Below, piece by piece: positions 1 to 7,160 of a stretch of DNA of 48,319 nucleotides. The stretch comes from a virus (Duplodnaviria; Caudoviricetes), in the IMG/VR virus record IMGVR_UViG_3300020044_010170, positions 1-48,319 of that record; one strand, written 5' to 3'. The notes below the pieces were generated by a model. That model was not told the origin of the DNA. It was given only the letters and a program-made list of their open reading frames with translations, and did no database searches. A program made the translations under genes and the position numbers. Numbering within the stretch: the stretch's first letter is position 1; each line of letters begins with the position of its first letter.

Positions 1-107
1 TTCCCCGCTCCCTAAGAACCGGGACAGGGATGGTTTTGGACCTGCTCTCGCCCCTACCCCTAATCCCTAGTGAGGTTTCGATATTTGGCCACGAAAAATG
101 CGTCCCC

Positions 108-396
108 TATATATATAGCTAGCCAGAGCAAAAAAAAAAAAATGTCCAGCACCCCCCTTAACGCACTTTTGCCCTCTGGGGGTTACATGAACTCTGGTTT
201 CGTTACACTTTTGAAAATGACTTTGTGTACTCAGTAAGTCTATATATATAAAGGCTTTTTTCGCCGAAGTTACGCGGTTACGGCGGTTACGGGCATTTTC
301 GAGGTTTTTTATTTTTTCTTCTGGCTAGCTATATATATATACAAAGAGCACCGTGAGCCGTGTACCGCGACCTTTGTACCGCCACCCCTGTACCGC
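108..396. other. Putative replication origin / structured non-coding region
   Basis: Perfect 20-bp inverted repeat (tatatatatagctagccaga at 108-127; its reverse complement at 320-339), A/T tracts, five GTTAC copies (182, 202, 269, 277, 286) and three TGTACCGC copies at 14-bp spacing (361, 375, 389). No credible ORF. Confidence 0.5.
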
Positions 397-542
397 CCCC
401 GTCTCCCCCATCTTTGACCCATGCCCCGTGACCGTTGCGGCCTTGTTTGCAGATGTAGTGCGGGGTCTGTTGACAAAGTCAACGTCCGCCCCTTTGGATA
501 AGCTGTTGTTTTTGTTGGAGTATCTGGCGGGTGTTTGCAGAT

Positions 543-576
543 AAAAACGAGACGCCCCGGAAGTACCGGGGCGTCT
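543..576 (-). terminator. Rho-independent terminator downstream of ORF 605..1261
   Basis: 11-bp stem agacgccccgg/ccggggcgtct (550-560/566-576), 5-nt loop, followed by a T run on the minus strand. Confidence 0.7.
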
Positions 577-604
577 GTGGGGTCTGTAGGGGGTTGGGTT
601 TGGG

Positions 605-1261
605 TTATTTTTTGGGTTTGGAGGGTGCGAGTTCGGTGGTGTACTTGCGGGTCACGCCATCGGCGGCTTTCCACTCGAACACGGAGAGTCCTTCGTCCCG
701 GGCGTTGGCGAAGGCTTCGCGGAAGCTTTTCGCGGGCGCGGAGTTGCGGCGGTAGATGGGGTAATCGCCGCCTTTGGTTCTCTCGAACCCTACGGGTTCG
801 TCGGAGGTAGCGGACCGGCGGGTTGTGGTGGAGCTGCCAGTTCGTCCCGTGTTTGACGTTGTGGTGGATCGGCTAGATCGGCTGTAGGTTGGCGTTGTGG
901 TGGAGCTGCCAGAGCGGCTGGAGGTTGCCGCGGTTTTTGCGGCGGTGGCGGCCCCGGCTGCAGCACCGGCTGCAGCACCTGACAGGGTTGGTTTCGGGAT
1001 ATTGACGGACGGTTTTACGCGCGGCTTTGGCACGGTGACGGACGCGCGGGGCGAGGGCGTGGCTGCGGGGGCTTTGGGCCGTGTTTTTGGTGCGGGTGAC
1101 ACGCTGGCATAGGCGGGCCGCGCTTCGCTCACGGTGACTTTTGTCGCGGGTGCTTTTTTGGGGGCGACGGGTTCTTTCCGCGCGGCGTTTGCTTTGCGTT
1201 GCGCGGCGGTCATTCTTGGGGCTGGGGCAATGCTACGGTCGTAGGTAGTTCCGCGGGGCAT
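605..1261 (-). CDS. Basic Ala/Pro/Lys/Thr-rich protein with small C-terminal domain (SFREAFANAR..G..FEW....YTT); possible DNA-binding/internal virion protein
   Basis: ATG with AGGAG RBS; low-complexity N-terminus; C-terminal motif I recognise from phage hypothetical proteins. Confidence 0.6.
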   Translation of the reverse strand: MPRGTTYDRSIAPAPRMTAAQRKANAARKEPVAPKKAPATKVTVSEARPAYASVSPAPKTRPKAPAATPSPRASVTVPKPRVKPSVNIPKPTLSGAAAGAAAGAATAAKTAATSSRSGSSTTTPTYSRSSRSTTTSNTGRTGSSTTTRRSATSDEPVGFERTKGGDYPIYRRNSAPAKSFREAFANARDEGLSVFEWKAADGVTRKYTTELAPSKPKK

Positions 1262-1291
1262 GGTTATCTCCTGTTTATCTGAAAGCGTGGG

Positions 1292-2080
1292 TTAGCGACC
1301 TTGTCGTGCGGCGGCTAGGCGAGCCATTGCTGCGAGGCGCGCGCGGGAATCGCTTTGGGACATGGGGGCGTTACTGGGTGCTGGGGTGCTAGGCCCGCCG
1401 AGTTGTCCGGGCTGTCCCTGCTGCGCCTGTCTTTGCATTTGTTGCATGCGGGAGATTTGGGCGAACCGCGCTTGGTCTGCGGGGGAGATTTGCGGATTAG
1501 CTCCGCGCGCGGCGATGGCGTTGAAGTTTGCGAGCATTTGTTGGTTCATGGGCGTTTGTTGGATTCCGCCGGAGGGGGGAACCGTGGGCCGCGATAGAGT
1601 GGGCGGGACGGGGGTCCGTGCTTTGGTTACCGCGTTGTTTTGAGCGGTGGGAGCACTGCCCATAGCCCCGACCTGTCGTGCGGGCATGCTGGCTTTGGCT
1701 GGCTGAGGAGCCATTGAGGAACCGGGGGTGACGGGTCCACCCATGTTGTATTTGCGGGTGGCGGGTGCTTTTGCTTTGGCGCTTTTTTTGGCTGGCGCGA
1801 CGGTTGCTTTTTTAGCCGGGGCCTTTTTGGTGGGTTTGACGGCACCGCCTTTTTTCATGCCGACGGATTCTTCGGGTTTTTTCTTGAAAACGCGGTTTTG
1901 AGCGTCTTCCAAGAGTTTACCGAGGAACATTTTCCGGGTTCCGGTGGGTCTCGGGGTGGACGACGTACTGGCGCGAGCGGCGACGGGCGTTGCGGAAGAG
2001 GCGGAACGTGTTCTTTGCGAATTGACCTTCGCCTTCATTTCCCGCATGAGTTTACCTTTGAGGGCGGCACCGATGGACAT
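1292..2080 (-). CDS. Basic low-complexity protein carrying MKKGG and YNMGG motifs
   Basis: ATG with GGAG RBS, own promoter, K/A/P/Q-rich composition. Confidence 0.6.
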   Translation of the reverse strand: MSIGAALKGKLMREMKAKVNSQRTRSASSATPVAARASTSSTPRPTGTRKMFLGKLLEDAQNRVFKKKPEESVGMKKGGAVKPTKKAPAKKATVAPAKKSAKAKAPATRKYNMGGPVTPGSSMAPQPAKASMPARQVGAMGSAPTAQNNAVTKARTPVPPTLSRPTVPPSGGIQQTPMNQQMLANFNAIAARGANPQISPADQARFAQISRMQQMQRQAQQGQPGQLGGPSTPAPSNAPMSQSDSRARLAAMARLAAARQGR

Positions 2081-2107
2081 ATTGAGATACTCCGGTTGAT
2101 TTATTCA

Positions 2108-2136
2108 ATCATAGGGGTATCTGGAAGGGGTAACAA
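2108..2136 (-). promoter_or_regulatory. Sigma70-type promoter for 1292..2080
   Basis: TTGTTA-17 nt-TATGAT on the minus strand just upstream of the RBS. Confidence 0.55.
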
Positions 2137-2185
2137 GGCGGAAGAGAGGCAGGTGTCAAGTATTCCTTGACACCTGCGGAGGCGA

Positions 2186-2554
2186 TTACTGGGTTTGGAA
2201 GAAGAGGAGCATGGCTCCTGCGATGAGCGCGGCGAGGACGGCGTGGACCATGAACCGTGGCGTCTGTTTTTTGGTTGTGACGACGGCATCCGCGCGCAGT
2301 GGGCCGTGAGCGGCGCTGGGTTTTACGGGCTCGCTGGGCGTTGCGACGGGGGCGTCGGGTATGGGTTTGATGTTCTTTTTCATCCAGTTTTGGACTTCGG
2401 ATTTGCGCCAGAGGTTAGCGGGCGGACCGCGCTTGGCGGACCGCTTTATTTTTTCGGGTTGTGGGAATTCGCCGAGTTTGACGCGGCGATAGATAGTGGG
2501 TTTGGAGACGTTGGTGAGTTCACAGACTTCGTTGATATCGAGGAGATCTTTCAC
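2186..2554 (-). CDS. AlpA/excisionase-like HTH regulator with C-terminal hydrophobic segment
   Basis: LLDINEVCELTNVSKPTIYRRVKLGEFPQP...LWRKSEVQNWM is typical of AlpA; C-terminus VHAVLAALIAGAMLLFF. Confidence 0.8.
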   Translation of the reverse strand: MKDLLDINEVCELTNVSKPTIYRRVKLGEFPQPEKIKRSAKRGPPANLWRKSEVQNWMKKNIKPIPDAPVATPSEPVKPSAAHGPLRADAVVTTKKQTPRFMVHAVLAALIAGAMLLFFQTQ

Positions 2555-2584
2555 GAGGGCTCTCGGTAAGGGTTGGGATGAGAG

Positions 2585-2612
2585 AATATGGGACGTTATC
2601 GGATCGTGTCAA
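2585..2612 (-). promoter_or_regulatory. Promoter of the AlpA-like gene, with two phased operator boxes
   Basis: TTGACA-16 nt-CATATT; boxes ATCCGATA and GTCCCATA 10 bp apart. Confidence 0.55.
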
Positions 2613-2615
2613 CGA

Positions 2616-2774
2616 TTAACCGGCGAGGATTCTTTTCCACGCGGCTTCGATGATTTTGATTTGTGGCTCGCTATTGGAAAGCTGCGCGAGTTGGGTGGCA
2701 TAGGCGTGGAGGACCGCTTCGACGGTGGCGACCGCATCTTGCCATGAGGGTGAATTTACGTTCTTGGTTTCCAT
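2616..2774 (-). CDS. Hypothetical protein (52 aa)
   Basis: ATG at 2774 with GGAGG RBS; the track start at 2834 looks over-extended. Confidence 0.5.
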   Translation of the reverse strand: METKNVNSPSWQDAVATVEAVLHAYATQLAQLSNSEPQIKIIEAAWKRILAG

Positions 2775-2968
2775 GTGTTTACCTCCGCGTACCAGTTTCC
2801 GTTCCGTGATTCGCAAATTTGGACGTTTATCCATTCATCGGTTTGGGTTTGTAGCCACTGTGCGAGTTCTTCGCGCTTGATGCTCAGATTGGCTTTTACC
2901 CATTCGGGTGCCGCGTCGCGTGGTTTCTTGGCGACGAGTCCGTCAACGAATACTTTTTGGTTTTCCAT
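2756..2968 (-). CDS. Conserved small phage protein (possible beta-rich ssDNA-binding fold)
   Basis: KVFVDGL..KKPR..APEWVK..LSIKREEL..WL...DEWINV...ESR.G.WYAEVNTWKP pattern, familiar from phage hypotheticals. Confidence 0.6.
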   Translation of the reverse strand: MENQKVFVDGLVAKKPRDAAPEWVKANLSIKREELAQWLQTQTDEWINVQICESRNGNWYAEVNTWKPRT

Positions 2969-2977
2969 AAATCACCC

Positions 2978-3015
2978 AAAAAAAAGCCCCCAGCCGTAAG
3001 GAACGGACTGGGGGC
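2978..3015 (-). terminator. Rho-independent terminator
   Basis: Stem gcccccag..ccgt/acgg..ctgggggc followed by an 8-T run on the minus strand. Confidence 0.8.
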
Positions 3016-3048
3016 AAGCAACAACGGAGCGTGGCATGGCTGCCACGT
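2978..3048 (-). ncRNA. Candidate ~70-nt two-hairpin small RNA or attenuating leader
   Basis: Promoter-like TTGCTT-16 nt-TACAGT with extended TG (3081-3054); 7-bp hairpin cgtggca/tgccacg (3030-3047); CU-rich linker; terminator. Confidence 0.45.
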
Positions 3049-3098
3049 GAGGAACTGTACCAGAACGTATGGGAAAAGCAACATGTAATCGCATACTG

Positions 3099-3263
3099 TT
3101 AAGGTTGCAGGGGTTCTTTGCGTTCGACGCGTTGAGCTTTGTACCACTCGAAGACGAGGCGCAGTTGGCCGCCGATAGTACGGCCTTCGAGTTTTGCGAC
3201 ATCTCGGATCTCTTCATAGACTTCGCGTGGGAGTAGCACGCTTTTCCATCGGGTTGTATCCAC
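3099..3263 (-). CDS. Ribbon-helix-helix-like regulator (54 aa, absent from the ORF track): MDTTRWKSVLLPREVYEEIRDVAKLEGRTIGGQLRLVFEWYKAQRVERKEPLQP
   Basis: Translated by hand; GTG start with GGAG RBS; strand-helix-(EGRTI)-helix pattern of RHH proteins. Confidence 0.7.
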   Translation of the reverse strand: MDTTRWKSVLLPREVYEEIRDVAKLEGRTIGGQLRLVFEWYKAQRVERKEPLQP

Positions 3264-3283
3264 TGGGTTTCTCCCAAATAGCA

Positions 3284-3318
3284 GATGCGATAGTATAGGA
3301 TTTTATGCCATGTCGCAA
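3284..3318 (-). promoter_or_regulatory. Promoter of the RHH gene, overlapped by three phased operator boxes
   Basis: TTGCGA-17 nt-TACTAT; boxes ATGGCATA, ATCCTATA, ATCGCATC at 10-bp period. Confidence 0.55.
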
Positions 3319-3322
3319 TTTG

Positions 3323-5218
3323 CTATTTGGCTTCGCCCCACGACGGACCGATTTCGATATCGCATTTTGACGGGACATCGAGGGGGACGGCGCGCGTCAT
3401 GATTTCGGATATTTCGTTTGCCTCTTCGAGACTTTTGACCGAGACGGCGATTTCGTCGTGGATCTGGATGAGGGGTACGTGACCCCTCTTGTACAAATCG
3501 ACCATCGCTTTTTTGGTCATGTCGGCAGCGGAAGCTTGGATCAAGCGGTTGAGCCCTTTGTACGAGTAGGCGCGCTTGAGCCGCGTGGTGGCACCGTAGG
3601 TTTCGATGGCTTCACGGTACGGCAGCGCTTTATTCATCGCAAAGCTGTCGGGCTCCCAGAGGTCGAACCGGCACTTGCGTCCGAGGATCGAGCGCAGTGA
3701 GCCGCCAGACGCTTTCTCGTTGAGGCGGTTCATGACACCGTTCATGAGACCTTTCACGAAGGGGACGCGGTCGTGGTATTGGCGGACGAGACCTTTGGCT
3801 TCTTCGACGGAGATGTCGAGCTGCTCGGCGAGTTTGTTCACGCCCATGCCGTACATCATGCCGAGGTTGATGGTCTTGGCCTGTTTCCGTGGAATGTTAG
3901 CCATCTCGGCGACCATCGTATGGAAATCGGTGGACGGATCGGTTTGGTAGGCGCGGACGAAATCGGCTGCACCTTCGAGCGGGATGCCACGCATCTGACC
4001 AAAGACGTGGGCGTAGTGGACCAAGATCCGCGGTTCTTGTTGCGAGAAGTCGATGGCTGCCCACTGTTCGTTTTCTTCTGGCAGGAACAGGGATCGGATC
4101 ATGGGTCCGAGTTCAGGATCGCGGGCCGGGATCTGTTGCAGGTTTGGATTGGACATTGAGATACGTCCCGAGACGGTACCCCCATCATCAGAACGGATTT
4201 GATTGATATGAGCATGTATTCGGCCATCACTGTGGCAGTGTTTCATGATGCTATTGATGAACGTGCCGGACGTTTTATTCAGGTTCCGCGCTTGGACGAT
4301 GAGCTTCGCCAGCGGATGCTGGTTTTCGGACAGGAACGATTTGGTGAAGCTCGGTGCGCCTTTCTCAGTTTGTGGGTAGTGGATACCGATTTTGTCGAAG
4401 GCTTGTGCGAGCGACTGCGCAGCCCAGATTTCCACGTTGGTGCCGACGATATGCTTTATTTGTTGAAGGACTTCTTTCTCCCGCTTCAGGAGAGCATCCC
4501 GAGTCCGTTCCACCCGCTCTTGATCGACGCGAACACCGCGCATCGTCATATCAACGAGGCATGGCAGCAGATCCAGTTCGAGGTTCGTGATCGGCCACAG
4601 ATCCTCTTTGGAAAGTTGGCCGGAGAAGTAGTTCCAGAGTTCGAGGGTCAGCTCAGCATCCGCTTCGGCGTATGGGCCGACATACATGGCGGGCATTTTC
4701 CACATTTCGGCTTTGGGATCGATGCCGAACTCCCGCGCCGCTTCCACTAGTCCCTTTTCAGATTTGGTTTTGTTGAGGTAGTCGTACGCGAGGGCGTTGA
4801 GACTGTAGCTGAATCGGTTCTCGTCCAGCAGCGAGGCGACGACCATCGTATCGATGACTCTGCCGTTGACGGTGAAGCCGGACGCTCGGATCCAGCCGAG
4901 GTCATACTGGGCGTTATGCATGATCTTGTCGGCGGGGCACTCGAAGACCTTTCGGAGCCATCGCGAGACTATTTTCTCATCGAGGTTGCCGCCACCGAGG
5001 TGCTTGATCGGAAGATAGGCGGACCAGCCATCGACGGCTACCGCGTAGCCAACAATGTGACCATCCCCCGTTGGCCAGCCCGGGCCGTTCGTTTTCAGGT
5101 TGGGGTCTTTGGTTTCAACGTCGATTGCGATCTTGGTGGCGTTGGTGATGTCGGGGAGTTCGAGCGGTGGAACCCATTCGCTTTTTGGCGCGAACATGGC
5201 GAGTTGTAATTTACCCAT
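3323..5218 (-). CDS. polA: Family A DNA polymerase with 3'-5' exonuclease (Leu762 type)
   Basis: Exo I IAIDVET, Exo II HNAQYD, motif A DFSQQEPRIL, motif B RKQAKTINLGMMYG, motif C QIHDEI; no 5'-3' exonuclease domain. Confidence 0.95.
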   Translation of the reverse strand: MGKLQLAMFAPKSEWVPPLELPDITNATKIAIDVETKDPNLKTNGPGWPTGDGHIVGYAVAVDGWSAYLPIKHLGGGNLDEKIVSRWLRKVFECPADKIMHNAQYDLGWIRASGFTVNGRVIDTMVVASLLDENRFSYSLNALAYDYLNKTKSEKGLVEAAREFGIDPKAEMWKMPAMYVGPYAEADAELTLELWNYFSGQLSKEDLWPITNLELDLLPCLVDMTMRGVRVDQERVERTRDALLKREKEVLQQIKHIVGTNVEIWAAQSLAQAFDKIGIHYPQTEKGAPSFTKSFLSENQHPLAKLIVQARNLNKTSGTFINSIMKHCHSDGRIHAHINQIRSDDGGTVSGRISMSNPNLQQIPARDPELGPMIRSLFLPEENEQWAAIDFSQQEPRILVHYAHVFGQMRGIPLEGAADFVRAYQTDPSTDFHTMVAEMANIPRKQAKTINLGMMYGMGVNKLAEQLDISVEEAKGLVRQYHDRVPFVKGLMNGVMNRLNEKASGGSLRSILGRKCRFDLWEPDSFAMNKALPYREAIETYGATTRLKRAYSYKGLNRLIQASAADMTKKAMVDLYKRGHVPLIQIHDEIAVSVKSLEEANEISEIMTRAVPLDVPSKCDIEIGPSWGEAK

Positions 5219-5504
5219 GCGAGTCTCCCGTGTTCAATTCCGAACCGAGGGCAATGTATCCGACCTTGTCCACCCACGAATCCGGCTGATCCATCGTGGT
5301 CAATAACCGGCTTGTTTTCAGCCAATCCATCATCAGCGCCACGTGGGCCGCGGTTATTTGACCGTGGCTTGCAATAGCGGCTTTGGCGATCATGTCCCAG
5401 CCGCAAGCGATGCGATTAAAACTCTGTTTAACGTCACCGTAGTCTTTCTGTCGCGGCCCGTTGATTGTCTGCAGCGCGGTCTGCAGCAGGGTTTCTCGGT
5501 TCAC
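5211..5504 (-). CDS. DUF6378-like all-alpha phage protein
   Basis: INGPRQKDYG...F.RIA..W...VALMMDWLK.SR......DSWVD..GY.ALG pattern. Confidence 0.7.
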   Translation of the reverse strand: MNRETLLQTALQTINGPRQKDYGDVKQSFNRIACGWDMIAKAAIASHGQITAAHVALMMDWLKTSRLLTTMDQPDSWVDKVGYIALGSELNTGDSHG

Positions 5505-7018
5505 AGATCGTAGCTCCTCGTCACGTCTTCAGCTTCCACAATGTACAGGGTTTGTCTTGCGCGGGTAGCGCCGACATAGAATACCCGGTGCATATCGTCC
5601 GGGTTGATTCGCATTTCGTTGTCTGCGGCAGGGCTCAGGTCCGTGAACAGTACGACGTTATCCGCTTCCCCGCCTTTAGCTCCGTGGATCGTGGACGCTG
5701 TGATGCGGGGTGCGGCATTGAATTTCTCGCCTCGTCGCAGCAGCGCGGTGATGTAGGCGCGGTCTGTTTCTGGCAGTTTGTCCATTGCTTCTGACCAGAT
5801 CATGTTCGAGGTGGCGAGCAATCCGTGGTGATCCACGAGCTGTTGCATGGACAGCAGGTCGGAGTCGTCTACGCCCGGGAGCTTTTTGTATCCGCGATGG
5901 ATCCGTGTGCCGAGGGACATGAACCCATAGATTTTCTTGGCAACGTCGCCTGTGACTTCGCGGCCTTTGCGCAGTTGTTCCCAGCCGTTGACGGCGTCTG
6001 ACAGTTTCTCGCCGATGCTCCGATGTCCGCGGTAGTTGAACAGGTAGCCGCTTGATTTGAGGTCGGCGGCGACGGGATTCAGGTGATACCCGGCTTGCGC
6101 GAGGATGAGCCATGAGCCGGAGGTCATGTCGAGCGAGTTGATCGTATTGATGCGTTGGACCTGCCCGCGTTCTTCCCGAGGTAGGTAGCGCTTCGGGAAG
6201 CGGCGATTAATTCGTCGCACGGTGTTTTCTGCGATTTTGTGGACTTCGGCGGGGATGCGATAGGACTGCGAAAGCGTCTCGCTGCCTCCCGGCAGGTTGA
6301 TGAAATGGTCCACGTCGGCTCCGGCCCAGCGGTAGATAGCTTGGTCGTCGTCTCCTGCGGCGTACATCCGTTTGGATTTGGCATCGAGGATGTGAGCGAT
6401 GTCCCATTGCAACGGACTGAGGTCTTGGGCCTCATCCAGAAAGATGAGATCGAATTCGGGACAGTATCGGTCGGGCTGGCGGATGAACTCATCGAGCAGA
6501 TCGGTGAAGTCGTAGAGTCCCATCCGAGCTTTGTAATCAGCCAAACACTTGGCCACGTAGTGGACCGTGTTCCAGTCGGCGGCGATGCCGCTGGCATTGT
6601 ACTGTTGGCGCAACGGTACTTTACGCAACCGCGCCAGATTGATCAGGCTGAGAATCGGGTCGTTGCTGGAGACAAGCGACGGCAGATCATCATCGAAGTT
6701 CCCGGCTTTGGCACCGCCCAACGGGACGCCGATGGCATTGCCAAGTTCCCTGTAGTTCTGTTCGCGCATGATTTGCTCTGCGCGGATATCGGTCATGGCG
6801 AGCGCCAGCGAGTGCAGCGTCCGGAAATGAATCAGATCCTTTTTAGGATCCAGCCCGAAGCGCATCGCCGCGCGCTCTTTCGCCTCGTGGGCGGCTTTTC
6901 GGGTGAAGGCAAGAAACGCGATGCGGTGCGGAGAAACCCCTTGTGACAGGGCTTCATCCAGCATGTTGAGCAACGTGGTCGTTTTGCCCGTGCCCGGAGG
7001 TCCGAAGATTCTAAACAC
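5501..7018 (-). CDS. Superfamily 1 (UvrD/Rep-like) DNA helicase
   Basis: Walker A GPPGTGKTT, LAFTRKAA, TLHS, DEAQD, GDDDQAIY, QSYR, TIHGAKGGEAD, YVGATRA. Confidence 0.93.
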   Translation of the reverse strand: MFRIFGPPGTGKTTTLLNMLDEALSQGVSPHRIAFLAFTRKAAHEAKERAAMRFGLDPKKDLIHFRTLHSLALAMTDIRAEQIMREQNYRELGNAIGVPLGGAKAGNFDDDLPSLVSSNDPILSLINLARLRKVPLRQQYNASGIAADWNTVHYVAKCLADYKARMGLYDFTDLLDEFIRQPDRYCPEFDLIFLDEAQDLSPLQWDIAHILDAKSKRMYAAGDDDQAIYRWAGADVDHFINLPGGSETLSQSYRIPAEVHKIAENTVRRINRRFPKRYLPREERGQVQRINTINSLDMTSGSWLILAQAGYHLNPVAADLKSSGYLFNYRGHRSIGEKLSDAVNGWEQLRKGREVTGDVAKKIYGFMSLGTRIHRGYKKLPGVDDSDLLSMQQLVDHHGLLATSNMIWSEAMDKLPETDRAYITALLRRGEKFNAAPRITASTIHGAKGGEADNVVLFTDLSPAADNEMRINPDDMHRVFYVGATRARQTLYIVEAEDVTRSYDL

Positions 7019-7160
7019 GACCGCTCTGTTGCTTGCGGACGATCTGCCGAATGCGCTCTCTGCTCAGCTCAAACCGGCGTCCGATGGCGGCGAACGTCAT
7101 TTTCTGGACGGACCAGAGAGCAAAGATCTCTTGGTCACGCAATTGGTTCTTCGAGGTCAA
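7011..7160 (-). CDS. Stand-alone sigma70 region-4-like HTH mini-protein (49 aa, absent from the track): MTSKNQLRDQEIFALWSVQKMTFAAIGRRFELSRERIRQIVRKQQSGRV
   Basis: Translated by hand; fills the primase-helicase gap exactly with overlapping start/stop; T..IG..F.LSRERIRQI matches region 4.2. Confidence 0.7.
   Translation of the reverse strand: MTSKNQLRDQEIFALWSVQKMTFAAIGRRFELSRERIRQIVRKQQSGRV

Noticed and set aside
2972-3277. 101-aa ORF from the track
   Set aside because: Crosses a promoter and terminator; a different-frame 54-aa ORF with RBS and RHH pattern explains the region better
3323-5504. Modified-base (e.g. dZ) system suggested by PolA plus an adjacent small alpha-helical protein
   Set aside because: No PurZ or other base-modification enzyme recognisable in the window
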